A DNA stretch of 64,000 nt from a virus. Below, in pieces: positions 9,387-17,867 of the stretch; the stretch's first letter is position 1; every line of letters begins with the position of its first letter. The stretch lies in the IMG/VR virus record IMGVR_UViG_3300044692_000050, positions 1-64,000 of that record; one strand, given 5' to 3'. Both the position numbers and the translations under genes were made by a program. Under the pieces are notes generated by a model. The model was not told the DNA's origin and did no database searches. It worked only from the letters and a program-made list of their open reading frames with translations.

Positions 9387-9435
9387 GTCGGTCTCCGTTC
9401 AGGTCAGATCAGGCAGCGAGGACGAGGGGCATGGG

Positions 9436-10068
9436 CTACCATCCCCAGGTACGCCGCGAGCGGTTGCGGTCGCGGTGCGCCTCGGTGAGCTTCTTGCTCC
9501 ATGACTGCTGCCAGTCCACGCGCCGCCCGTAGGAGCGGTGGAGCCGGGTCATCAGCGGCAGGTTGTCCTCGCACAAGTCGGGCCAGATGTCGTGCCATGC
9601 CACGTCCCAGCGGACCCCGGCCGGCCAGTTCTTCGCCTGCTCGTAGGCGTCGGCGTGGTGGCAGGTCACTCGCGGGCCGGCGTAGTGCGGGCCGACCAGT
9701 TCGATCACCCGCTCGTCGACCTCCACCACGTCAACGTGCTCGACGTGCTCGAAGGAAAGAGCGGCAGCGAGGACCATGCCCAGCCCGAGGCCGTTGATGA
9801 GGACGCGCTTGGCCTGCCGGGACTGGATGGCGCGGACGGCTTCCATGTGGTCGCGCTTCTCGGCATCGGTGTCGCTCATCCAGAGCCGGCCGCCGTCGTA
9901 GAGCGCGGTGTAAGTGCCGGGACGCGTCTGCCGTCCGCCCTTCCAGGCGAGGCGCATGTTCTCGAAAGAGTCGGGCTCCACGGTGAACCGCTTGACCCGC
10001 AAGGTGCCGATTGCGCCCTCGGGAACCGTGACGGTCATCGCATCATAGGGGCTCGTCATGGTGGTCAT
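9436..10068 (-). CDS. Class I SAM-dependent methyltransferase (spermidine-synthase-like fold)
   Basis: VLINGLGLG, VDVVEVD, HADAY and WDVAWHDIW motifs. Confidence 0.85.
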   Translation of the reverse strand: MTTMTSPYDAMTVTVPEGAIGTLRVKRFTVEPDSFENMRLAWKGGRQTRPGTYTALYDGGRLWMSDTDAEKRDHMEAVRAIQSRQAKRVLINGLGLGMVLAAALSFEHVEHVDVVEVDERVIELVGPHYAGPRVTCHHADAYEQAKNWPAGVRWDVAWHDIWPDLCEDNLPLMTRLHRSYGRRVDWQQSWSKKLTEAHRDRNRSRRTWGW

Positions 10069-10103
10069 GAGGCAACTCTAACTGAGAACATTGTTCGCGT
10101 CAA
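10069..10103 (-). promoter_or_regulatory. Sigma70-type leaderless promoter with palindrome in spacer
   Basis: TTGACG-N17-TAGAGT-N6-ATG; GAACATTGTTC at 10086-10096. Confidence 0.75.
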
Positions 10104-10148
10104 TCCGTACAGCTTGGTTCGCAAACATAGTTGTGGCAAACTAGACGC

Positions 10149-10370
10149 ATGGAACCTGATGAGAGGCTGGAACGGATCAGGAAGGCGCGGGTCGTCTACG
10201 ACCGCGCCAGAGCGAATCTGTTCCGCGAAATCCGCGACGGCCTGGCCGAAGCCGCACAGCTCCCCGAGAACCAGCAGCGAAAGCTCGGCCCCTCGGCGAT
10301 TCACCGGGCCTCCGGCTTCACCCGCGAGTACATCGCCAAGATCCGCGATGGCAAGGCAGACCCCAGCTAG
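10149..10370 (+). CDS. Small HTH DNA-binding protein
   Basis: LGPSAIHRASGFTREYIAKIRDG; divergent from the methyltransferase. Confidence 0.7.
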   Translation: MEPDERLERIRKARVVYDRARANLFREIRDGLAEAAQLPENQQRKLGPSAIHRASGFTREYIAKIRDGKADPS

Positions 10371-10502
10371 ATAACGACGACGAGACCGGCCACTCCGACC
10401 AAGAAGACAGCCGGCCCCGTCGCCCACTCCCATCTCTAGGAGCGTGTCCATCATGCCATCCGACGCTGCCGCTACCCTGCGTGCCGTCAGGCGGTTACCC
10501 GG

Positions 10503-11069
10503 TTGACCCCGGAAAGCACTCTCTGTCACCTCGGGCTCGCGGCCGACAGGTGCGCTTACGAGCACGTCGCTGCCCGCGTGCCGAAGGGCACCCAGGGCGA
10601 CAAGTCCAACCGCTCGTGCCCGTGCCACGACGACCGCAAGGCGTCGCTGTCCATCAACCCTGGCGACCGGGGCATGCGCGTCGTCTGGCGCTGCAACGCG
10701 GGCTGCTGGTTTGAGGACATCCGCGTCGCGCTGCTCGGCCTCGGCATCCATGAATCCTGCCTCGGAACCTACGGCCTGCCGAAACGCACCGTCGTGCCGG
10801 GCATGCGCACCACGACCGCGGACCTGGCCGTCATCGCCGACGCCAAGCGCTACCAGGCCGTCAGGAAGCTCCCGGTCAAGCTGAGCGACTCGCTGCGGCT
10901 CATGTGCATTCAAGCCATCAGCGAGGGAGACGGGGACCTGCCGGGCGATCCTTACGAGTTGCTGCCCGTGAACCTGGACGACTTCCGGGCGCTGGCCATG
11001 CGGGCGGGGATCGAACGGGGCTACACCTACCGCGTCTTCAGGCAGTGGATGGCTTACGGTGCAGCCTAG
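10503..11069 (+). CDS. Primase-type Zn-finger plus C-terminal HTH-like protein (paralog A)
   Basis: CPCHDDRKASLSI...WRCNAGC; homologous to 37820..38614. Confidence 0.75.
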   Translation: MTPESTLCHLGLAADRCAYEHVAARVPKGTQGDKSNRSCPCHDDRKASLSINPGDRGMRVVWRCNAGCWFEDIRVALLGLGIHESCLGTYGLPKRTVVPGMRTTTADLAVIADAKRYQAVRKLPVKLSDSLRLMCIQAISEGDGDLPGDPYELLPVNLDDFRALAMRAGIERGYTYRVFRQWMAYGAA

Positions 11070-11169
11070 GTCCGTAGTGCTAACACCCAACCCAACCGTA
11101 GTACTTACAGGCTCCCGAGCGGTGAAGTCAAGCCGCGCAGGTAGACGCCTCGGGCCGAATCCGAAAACC

Positions 11170-11231
11170 TGTGCACTAAGTGCGCACCCTGTGAACAAAG
11201 TGCACGAGGCTGGCTGTGCACTAAGTGCACA
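11170..11231. repeat. Three palindromic repeats TGTGCAC-N3-GTGCACA
   Basis: Copies at 11170-11186, 11190-11206 and 11215-11231. Confidence 0.85.
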
Positions 11232-11412
11232 CGTCCCCGCGCTCCGTCCGAGCCCGGCTAGCCCCCTACTCGTCGCTGCCATCTCTAGCCCTCGCCGTCC
11301 TCTTCGCTGCCGTCATCCGGCACCAGCACCTCACAGAGCCCGTATCCGGCCGGTCGGCAGATCAGGTCCGGCCCGTGGTCGGCGTGACGGTACAGGACAG
11401 GCTCAGGCGCGC

Positions 11413-11640
11413 TCACCAGATCACCTGATACTTCGCCAGCCCGGTCCCCTGGCACGCTGTACACGGATGCCGCGTCCCGTCACAGCGGGGATCGCAGCAC
11501 TGGATAGGGTCGTCGCACTCCTGAAGGTCCGGTTCGCCGCCGCACCAGGTGCAGCGCTCGTCAGCTTCGGCCCACTCGTCGTAGTCGTCGTCCAGGGCGT
11601 CATCAGCGCCGAGGTAGTTACCGCGCCCGTCCCCGCTCAT
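11413..11640 (-). CDS. Acidic Cys-rich (DnaJ Zn-finger-like) small protein
   Basis: CTWCGG...CTACQGTG. Confidence 0.55.
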   Translation of the reverse strand: MSGDGRGNYLGADDALDDDYDEWAEADERCTWCGGEPDLQECDDPIQCCDPRCDGTRHPCTACQGTGLAKYQVIW

Positions 11641-11810
11641 CCCGGCCACCCCGTGATCGCCCTGACCGCCACCAGCACCCCTGCAGCAGCGAGCGCGATG
11701 AGCAGCGGGCAGAACACGGCACCGAGCGCGATGGCCCAGGCGCCGGCGTGCATCAGGCGCTCCCTCAGCAGCCTCCGGGCAGCGGGTGCGGGCTCAGGCT
11801 GCGGCTGCAT
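11637..11810 (-). CDS. Small membrane protein
   Basis: Hydrophobic stretch; coupled. Confidence 0.45.
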   Translation of the reverse strand: MQPQPEPAPAARRLLRERLMHAGAWAIALGAVFCPLLIALAAAGVLVAVRAITGWPG

Positions 11811-12168
11811 CGGCGCTCCCCGCTTCCGGCCCCGGGTCGCGCACGACACCCAGCGGACCCAGGGTCAGTTCAAGCTGCACCCAGTTCTCCGGGCCGGGTG
11901 TCCGCTGCGCCCGCTCCCACAACCCCACGCACACGTCCGTGACGCCCACCAGGACGGCGAGACGCCGGCGGGACAGCCCGGCATCCTCGCGGGCCTGGCG
12001 CAGGGCGGCAGCCACGGCAGGAGAGCCGGACGGGGCCTGTCCCATCGCGCGGCGCGCCAGCGTACGCGCCGAGATGTGGCGGCCAGGATGCCCGCGGCGC
12101 CGGCCGCACCGCGGCAAGCCCGGGGAGCCGTAGCAGCGCATCAGGAACCCGCAGAGAGGACCGTTCAC
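11794..12168 (-). CDS. XRE-family HTH protein
   Basis: LRQAREDAGLSRRRLAVLVGVTDVCVGLWERAQRTP. Confidence 0.75.
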   Translation of the reverse strand: MNGPLCGFLMRCYGSPGLPRCGRRRGHPGRHISARTLARRAMGQAPSGSPAVAAALRQAREDAGLSRRRLAVLVGVTDVCVGLWERAQRTPGPENWVQLELTLGPLGVVRDPGPEAGSADAAAA

Positions 12169-12632
12169 GGCACGAGCCTCAGCTGCCCGGCAGCCTCCTG
12201 CTCGGCAGGAGTCGGCGGCGGCAACACCGGGGCACCCTGCCTGCATCCGGGGCATAGCAGCAGCGCGTCATTCAGGGTCACCCAAGAGCCAGGCTCGGGC
12301 CAGAACTCCTCCTGATCGCCGCCCTGGTACACCCAGCCGCTAGCGGGCATGGCCGCGTCAAGCTCGGCGCTGGTCTCGTAGTGGTTCGCTCCGGTCTCCT
12401 CGTCGGTGAACACGTCACCGCACCCGTCGCACTCCCCGACCCAGCAGCCGGCCGGGTTGACCTCCGGCGCCACCTTGGCCAGGTCCGCGAGGTCGGACGG
12501 GTCGCGTTCCTCCCGCATCCCGGACAGGGCATCGGCCGCCTCGTCAGGGGTGGCGTAGTGCGGGTTGAATCCGTCATCCCACGGGCGCGGGGAAAGCTCG
12601 AAGCAGGGTTCGCGTAGCTGGTGGATGGTCAT
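12165..12632 (-). CDS. Hypothetical Zn-binding protein
   Basis: CDGC...CPGC. Confidence 0.6.
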   Translation of the reverse strand: MTIHQLREPCFELSPRPWDDGFNPHYATPDEAADALSGMREERDPSDLADLAKVAPEVNPAGCWVGECDGCGDVFTDEETGANHYETSAELDAAMPASGWVYQGGDQEEFWPEPGSWVTLNDALLLCPGCRQGAPVLPPPTPAEQEAAGQLRLVP

Positions 12633-12639
12633 GACGTTC

Positions 12640-12948
12640 TCACTTCGGTGGCTCGGATGGTTCTTGCTCGCTGTCGAGGTCTTCCAGGACGGCCTCGTAC
12701 CGTCCCGGCACTCCGTCGTCATCAGGAAGCGCCCCGGCAGCGATGGCGAGGGCGTCGAGGATGGCCGCACGGTTCCGCTCCCAGCGGGCCAGCTTCGCCT
12801 CTGCCGCCTCAGCCCGGTCGAACTGGGCCTGGATGGTGGCCCTGACCTGAGAACGTGACGGAGACGCCCACACTGCCTCACGGGCCTTTGCCTGGTGGTC
12901 GACGATGGCGCGCATGGCGTCGTTGATGGCGTCGTCAAGGTCAGCCAT
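12640..12948 (-). CDS. Hypothetical coiled-coil protein
   Basis: Coupled ORF. Confidence 0.55.
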   Translation of the reverse strand: MADLDDAINDAMRAIVDHQAKAREAVWASPSRSQVRATIQAQFDRAEAAEAKLARWERNRAAILDALAIAAGALPDDDGVPGRYEAVLEDLDSEQEPSEPPK

Positions 12949-13231
12949 CGTCGCCGTCCTTGGCCGGCTCAAGCTCGCAGCCGAACTCGTTGCCGCAGCA
13001 GAAGTGCGGCGTCCTGAGCGACCGGGTGACCTGGCAGAACCCCCAATGGTGCCCCTGGTGGGAATTGCCGGCGTGGTGGCCGCAGCGAGGGCATACGACG
13101 CAGCGGCACCGGGTGGACCCGTCCGGCATCGTCACCCTGGTCGCGTTCACGGCGTCGCACGTCTCACCGGGGATGGGCTCAAGGCCGATCACGTCGCCGA
13201 GCTCGAACCGCTTCAGGCCGTCGGCGCTCAC
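12941..13231 (-). CDS. Cys/His-rich hypothetical protein
   Basis: CRCVVCPRCGHH...HFCC. Confidence 0.55.
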   Translation of the reverse strand: MSADGLKRFELGDVIGLEPIPGETCDAVNATRVTMPDGSTRCRCVVCPRCGHHAGNSHQGHHWGFCQVTRSLRTPHFCCGNEFGCELEPAKDGDDG

Positions 13232-13674
13232 TTCCCGGCCTCCGCTTCCGCTGCCCGGTCGGCCGCCTGCTGCCGGTCAAGCCACTCGCCGGCGGTCTCG
13301 GTGCCGTTCCACTGGTCTTCAGGGTCGTTGTCGTCCACGTCCGGGATGGAGTTGAGGATCCACTGCATCGCGGCCTCGGGGCCGTTCTGGAGCATCTCGA
13401 TCCGGGCGGCCTCCATCGACCGGGCCATGCCGGTGATGACCTTGCCCATCGTCCGGCAGGCATTGCGGAGCTTGCGCACCTCGTCGTCGGCGCTGACCGC
13501 GGCCTTCGCGGCGGCTTCCCATGCGCGTGTCGTCTTCTGGCTGTTAGCCCAGTTCCATGCCGCGGCCGGGGCCTGGTTGACGGGTCCTGCGCCGACAGCG
13601 GCCCAGAACGCCTCACAGGCAGCGCGGCCCGGCGTCGGCTCGGTGGTCACCGCTTCCTCCTTCTCGGTGCTCAC
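13228..13674 (-). CDS. Hypothetical protein
   Basis: GRAACEAF...WEAAAKA motif; GTGA-coupled. Confidence 0.6.
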   Translation of the reverse strand: MSTEKEEAVTTEPTPGRAACEAFWAAVGAGPVNQAPAAAWNWANSQKTTRAWEAAAKAAVSADDEVRKLRNACRTMGKVITGMARSMEAARIEMLQNGPEAAMQWILNSIPDVDDNDPEDQWNGTETAGEWLDRQQAADRAAEAEAGK

Positions 13675-13901
13675 GACGCGACCGGCTTCCAGGCGAACTG
13701 CTTGATCCAGTTCAGCGCCGACAGCGACCAGCGGGCCACGATCGCCCGGTTCACTGTCGGCCAGTCCACGGCATCCTGGTCGAGCAGGGCCAGCCGGTAG
13801 GTCAGGGCAACCTGGCGGCGCGTCATCTTCGGATCGGCGATCTCTTCCAGCAGCTGCCCTTGCGGGTCAGCCAGGCGGATCACGGTCGTCTCGGCAGTCA
13901 T
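13671..13901 (-). CDS. Hypothetical phage protein
   Basis: VDWPTVNRAIVARWSLSALNWIK motif. Confidence 0.65.
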   Translation of the reverse strand: MTAETTVIRLADPQGQLLEEIADPKMTRRQVALTYRLALLDQDAVDWPTVNRAIVARWSLSALNWIKQFAWKPVAS

Positions 13902-14266
13902 CAGAACGGCCCCATCTCGTCGTGATCGTCGTCGCCTTCATCACCCCACGCCGCATCGGCGAACCGCGACGTGATCGCCGTCCGCGGCGGCGCGGGCGGG
14001 ATGATGCCGGGCGTGATGCAGTACACGGCGTCCGGGCGGTAGAACTCCACCGCGCCGCCTTCCATGTCGAGCCGCAGGAACGGCTGCCCCGCGATCACGA
14101 CCTCGGACAGGTGTCCCTGGCGGAAGCGGTGGCCCATCAGCTCCAGGCGGACGGGGCCGAAGTCGGCGACGGGCGGGGGAAGATCGGCTATCGGCAGCGG
14201 CGCGGTAGCAGCCGGCGTCTCCTCGGCCTCGGTGATCTCGGCCTCTTGCGTTGTCTCGGTGGTCAT
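13901..14266 (-). CDS. Hypothetical phage protein
   Basis: LELMGHR...G.LSEV.IAG..FLRLD...FY...AVYCITP motif. Confidence 0.7.
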   Translation of the reverse strand: MTTETTQEAEITEAEETPAATAPLPIADLPPPVADFGPVRLELMGHRFRQGHLSEVVIAGQPFLRLDMEGGAVEFYRPDAVYCITPGIIPPAPPRTAITSRFADAAWGDEGDDDHDEMGPF

Positions 14267-14517
14267 CGTTCTGCTCCTCGGTGCTGGGTCTCGTACTGGG
14301 CGCTTTCCGGCGCCTGCTGCACGCCCTCGCATCCCGGCCGCCACCCGGACGGGCGGACCGCCGGGGGGCCGGCCAGGCCTTCGTCGTCAGGGCGCAAGAC
14401 GTGGCCGTACTGGCGCAGCAGATCCCGGAACCGCTCCCGGTCCCCTTCTGACTGCTGCCAGAGCTCGGCCGGGCCGGGAAGGGCCGGCGCCTCAGGACCG
14501 TCATGTCCGGCGGTCAT
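14263..14517 (-). CDS. Hypothetical protein
   Basis: Coupled ORF. Confidence 0.45.
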   Translation of the reverse strand: MTAGHDGPEAPALPGPAELWQQSEGDRERFRDLLRQYGHVLRPDDEGLAGPPAVRPSGWRPGCEGVQQAPESAQYETQHRGAER

Positions 14518-14583
14518 CGTGGCTCTCTCCTCTCGGCTCCCGCCGCCCGGACGGCACCGGGCGGCGGGGAAACGGGACTGGCG

Positions 14584-14904
14584 CTAGGCGGCGGCCCGCT
14601 TGCGGGCCACCTCGCGGATGGCGTCCACGTACTTGTCGTCGTAGGCGGCGATCTCCTCGGGCAGTTCCTCGAACGGCACCAGGTACGGGGTTATCCGGGC
14701 GCCGTTGTCCTTGACCGGGCCGTGCGTCCAGCCGCCGCCCACCCGCCAGAAACTCCATGCGTCATGGACCTCGCGGCGGCCGGTCTGCTCGCCCGTGGCG
14801 AGGACCAGCAGGGCGTACAGGCGGATCAGGTCAGGGTCCTGGCCGGGGATCAGCCGGTCCAGGTCGGCGGCGACCTCGGCTGCGTAGGACGTGAAGACGC
14901 TCAT
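14584..14904 (-). CDS. RyR (ryanodine-receptor repeat) domain protein
   Basis: VHDAW...GWTHGPVKD...PYLVPFEELPEE...YD matches the RyR repeat consensus. Confidence 0.75.
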   Translation of the reverse strand: MSVFTSYAAEVAADLDRLIPGQDPDLIRLYALLVLATGEQTGRREVHDAWSFWRVGGGWTHGPVKDNGARITPYLVPFEELPEEIAAYDDKYVDAIREVARKRAAA

Positions 14905-14986
14905 GTCGTTCTCCTTCGGTTCGTGTCTTGGCTTCGGTCCGGGTGCCCTGCGCCCGCAGCGTGGACGGGCGGAGGGCGGTCCGGGG

Positions 14987-15496
14987 CTACGTGCGGGCCT
15001 TGATCTCGGGGTTGACGAACGTGGCATAGGTATCGGCGGCAGTCACGCGCCCGGCGAGGACCGTGCACACCAGCAGCTCCCCGCCCTGGTCTGCAAGACG
15101 GGAACGGGCCACGTCCTCGGCGGCAAGCGGGCTGGTCGCGTTGAGCACGTCGCCGTACCGCTCGCCTTCGCTGGCGATGGCGCTAGGGCGCAGCCCGGCC
15201 GGGATCGCGATCCCGAACACGGTCCACTCCTCATCGATGAACCCGGCGACGTCAGGCTCGACGTCCTCGCTGTCGTCATTGCGCGGGTCGGCCGGATCCA
15301 CGAACAGCGTGTACAGGTCAGCGGCCGAGATTTCACCCGCAACGACGCGGCATACCAGCAGCGTCCCGCCCTTCTCCAGCGCCTCCATCTGCGCCATGTC
15401 CTCGGCCGCCCGGGGCGAGGTCGCCCGGTAGAACGAGCCGAACCTCTCGCGGGTCTCGGCCCAGAACCCGAACACGGTGTACTCCTGCATGGCCAT
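14987..15496 (-). CDS. Protein made of two tandem homologous domains
   Basis: TVFG...ATSP.AAED.A...GG.LLVC.V.AG...AAD.Y..FV occurs twice. Confidence 0.75.
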   Translation of the reverse strand: MAMQEYTVFGFWAETRERFGSFYRATSPRAAEDMAQMEALEKGGTLLVCRVVAGEISAADLYTLFVDPADPRNDDSEDVEPDVAGFIDEEWTVFGIAIPAGLRPSAIASEGERYGDVLNATSPLAAEDVARSRLADQGGELLVCTVLAGRVTAADTYATFVNPEIKART

Positions 15497-16092
15497 CAGT
15501 GCCGCCCGCTGCGGGCCGAGCCGCCGCCGAAGCTCCCGCTGCGGCTGGACGACCTGGATCCGCTTGAGGTGCCGGTCCGGGATGTACGGTTGGAGGTTCC
15601 GGTGCGGGCGCTGCCGCCCCCGTACTTGCGGCCCGTCGAGCCGAACGAGGTGCCGGAGCCGAACCGGGTCTTGCCGCCGAGCTTCGTGCCGCGGACGGTG
15701 CTGCCGTTCGAACCCCGGTAGGTGGCCTTGCGGGTCAGAGTGGTGATCGCGGAGCGGTGCGAGGCGCCGAACGACCGCTGCCGGGTCACGTACACCGTGC
15801 GGACACGAGCCGGGACGTAGGTGTCGTAATAGGCGGGGCTGTCGTAGTACGGGTAGTACTCCTCAAGCCAGCTGACAGGCATCGGCGCCGGGTGCCACGA
15901 CGGCGGGCACAGGCCCGCCCGCTCGAGCGCGATGGCCTCGGCGGGTGAGTCGACGTAGTAGCACTGGCCGTTGGCGCCGTAGGCAGCGGGGGCGTAGGTG
16001 ACGGGCTGGCCTGAGCCTCCGCAGGCGGTCAGGGTTGCTGCCGTCGCCGCGATCATGACGGCCAGGGCGAGGGGTCTGGTGATGATCTTCAT
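15496..16092 (-). CDS. Lipoprotein with G/S/R-rich tail
   Basis: Lipobox LTAC after hydrophobic signal; C-terminal RSGSFGGGS repeats; AAGGAG RBS. Confidence 0.75.
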   Translation of the reverse strand: MKIITRPLALAVMIAATAATLTACGGSGQPVTYAPAAYGANGQCYYVDSPAEAIALERAGLCPPSWHPAPMPVSWLEEYYPYYDSPAYYDTYVPARVRTVYVTRQRSFGASHRSAITTLTRKATYRGSNGSTVRGTKLGGKTRFGSGTSFGSTGRKYGGGSARTGTSNRTSRTGTSSGSRSSSRSGSFGGGSARSGRH

Positions 16093-16136
16093 GGTCGGTC
16101 GGTTCTCCTTGTCGGTGATGTCTGTTGCGTTTCGGG

Positions 16137-16445
16137 TCAGGCAGCCCGGTCCTGCCCGGACAGGGACCGGGGGGAAGGGGCCGGAAGGTAGCCAGCACGC
16201 CTGCACTCGCCCGCGATGAGGTCCAGGAGCCTGCGGAACGACTCCTCAACCGGATCCGCGTCACGGGGCACCGGCCGCAGCCGCTCGAGTTCCAGCTGGT
16301 GCACCTCATGGGAGTGCTCCCCGTGGCGGCGGCGGTGCTCGGCGGCGGCGTGAGCTTTCCTGCACGGATCGCACGGCGGGGTCTTGCACCTGATGTGGGC
16401 CTGGTAGCCGGGGTCGGTGCCGTGCGGCTTGCGAAGGTCGGTCAT
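16137..16445 (-). CDS. HGT-motif Zn-binding protein
   Basis: HGTDPGYQAH...PCDPCRKA. Confidence 0.6.
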   Translation of the reverse strand: MTDLRKPHGTDPGYQAHIRCKTPPCDPCRKAHAAAEHRRRHGEHSHEVHQLELERLRPVPRDADPVEESFRRLLDLIAGECRRAGYLPAPSPRSLSGQDRAA

Positions 16446-16747
16446 CACGCCACCCCCTCCGGGTCGGCGGTGCGGTGCGGGTGCTCGCGGCTCTCCCACT
16501 CGGCGCGGATGCGGCGGTACTCCTCACCCGGCCCGCTGCCCGAACCGGGCCGGGCGGTCCTGCCGAGAGGAGTCACCTTCGCCTCGGTCGGACGCCAGCC
16601 CTGAGCGCGGAACTTGGTCAGGAACTCGCCGGCCATCACGTCAGCGTCGGGCACGTCCTCGCCTGCGCGGATCGCGGCGTCACGCTCCCGGATGCGGTAG
16701 GCCAGGGCGTCGACGGCAGCTCTGGTCTCGCGGTCGAGGTCGGTCAT
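16445..16747 (-). CDS. Hypothetical protein
   Basis: Coupled ORF. Confidence 0.55.
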   Translation of the reverse strand: MTDLDRETRAAVDALAYRIRERDAAIRAGEDVPDADVMAGEFLTKFRAQGWRPTEAKVTPLGRTARPGSGSGPGEEYRRIRAEWESREHPHRTADPEGVA

Positions 16748-17607
16748 CGGGTCACCGCCTCGCGCGGGAACTCGCGGATGCGGAGGTCTTCGGGCCACGC
16801 GTCCCAGTCGGCACCATGCGCGCCCGCCCCGTGCTCTCGGCCGAGGATCGCGCCGAGCTGCTTGCAGAAGAACGGAACATCGGCGGCGGCACACTGATCC
16901 CGCAGCGACCGGAGCCACGCGAGCTCACATGGCCGGGCGCCCGGCCCGGACTCTCCGCCCGCGATGACCCATCCGATCCCGCCACGAGGTTCAAGGGCGG
17001 CGCCGACGAGCAGTGAGGCAAGCATCCGGATCGGCCCGAGCAGCGGCTCGGCACTGATGAAGCGCACGGCGGCCGGGGTGTCGAGCAGCGCCTCAATGCG
17101 CAGGTCGAACCGCTTCTCATCCTCGGCGCTGATGCCGAGGTGAACGTTCGGCAGCGGCCACGGCGTGCCCTCAAGCGGCATGTTGTTCCGCTCGCCAGCC
17201 TCGGTGATCAGAGCATGGAAGCGGGGTGAGGTCAGCAGCGACCGGAGCCGGCCGTGGCGCTTGGTCAGCACCTGGTACGTGTGATGCGGCGTCATCGCCA
17301 TGATCAGGAAGACTCGCGCGATGAACTCGTCAGGCACGTCGGCGTGGAACAGGTCGGACATGCTGTTGACGAAGATCCGGCGCGGCTTGCGCCAGCGCAG
17401 CGGGATGCCGAGCGCGTCCGGGTGGACCGTCAGGCCGAAGCCCGGCCCGCTGGTGCGCGGGTCGCCGTCGCGCTGGTACTTCGCCTGCCCCATGCCCTTG
17501 AGTCGCTTGGCCATCGTCAGCGCGTAGCAGTGATCGCAGCCGGGGCTGATCCGGTCGCAGCCGGTGGTGGGGTTCCAGACGGCCTCAGTCCACTGTATGC
17601 CGGTCAT
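16744..17607 (-). CDS. DUF5131 (phage Gp37/Gp68) radical-SAM-like protein
   Basis: IQWT...WNPTTGC..ISPGCDHCYA, FVNSMSDLFH, LTKR, SAEPLLG and GGESG motifs. Confidence 0.93.
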   Translation of the reverse strand: MTGIQWTEAVWNPTTGCDRISPGCDHCYALTMAKRLKGMGQAKYQRDGDPRTSGPGFGLTVHPDALGIPLRWRKPRRIFVNSMSDLFHADVPDEFIARVFLIMAMTPHHTYQVLTKRHGRLRSLLTSPRFHALITEAGERNNMPLEGTPWPLPNVHLGISAEDEKRFDLRIEALLDTPAAVRFISAEPLLGPIRMLASLLVGAALEPRGGIGWVIAGGESGPGARPCELAWLRSLRDQCAAADVPFFCKQLGAILGREHGAGAHGADWDAWPEDLRIREFPREAVTR

Positions 17608-17867
17608 TCGGTCACCTCCGCAGGGTCGTCGGGGATCTCCAGCCCTCCAGGGGCCTGCCAGCCGATGCCGATCATCAGGTTCACGATCCGCAGCGACACC
17701 ACGGGCAGGGACGTGTCCACGATGGGCGCGTAGCCGTTGCGGGCGCAGAACGCGGCTGTCTTGGCGTGGGCGTCGATCAGGTCGGTGATCTCCTGGGCGG
17801 CGAAAGCGATGGGGTCGACGCCTGCGGAGGAGGCGATCTTGGCGCGCTCGTCGGCGGGGTAGGTCAT
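17604..17867 (-). CDS. Hypothetical protein
   Basis: Coupled ORF. Confidence 0.55.
   Translation of the reverse strand: MTYPADERAKIASSAGVDPIAFAAQEITDLIDAHAKTAAFCARNGYAPIVDTSLPVVSLRIVNLMIGIGWQAPGGLEIPDDPAEVTE

Noticed and set aside
10086-10096. LexA/SOS box
   Set aside because: GAAC-N3-GTTC has a 3-bp spacer and lacks the flanks of the actinobacterial TCGAAC-N4-GTTCGA box
11170-11231. CRISPR mini-array (also considered for 37801-37966)
   Set aside because: Repeats are 15-17 bp with irregular or very short spacers, and there are no cas genes
11059-12315. 418-aa ORF or programmed frameshift extension of paralog A
   Set aside because: The VVLT and CALSAH repeats simply reflect the DNA core and palindromes; the rest is antisense to coupled minus-strand genes; no slippery site seen
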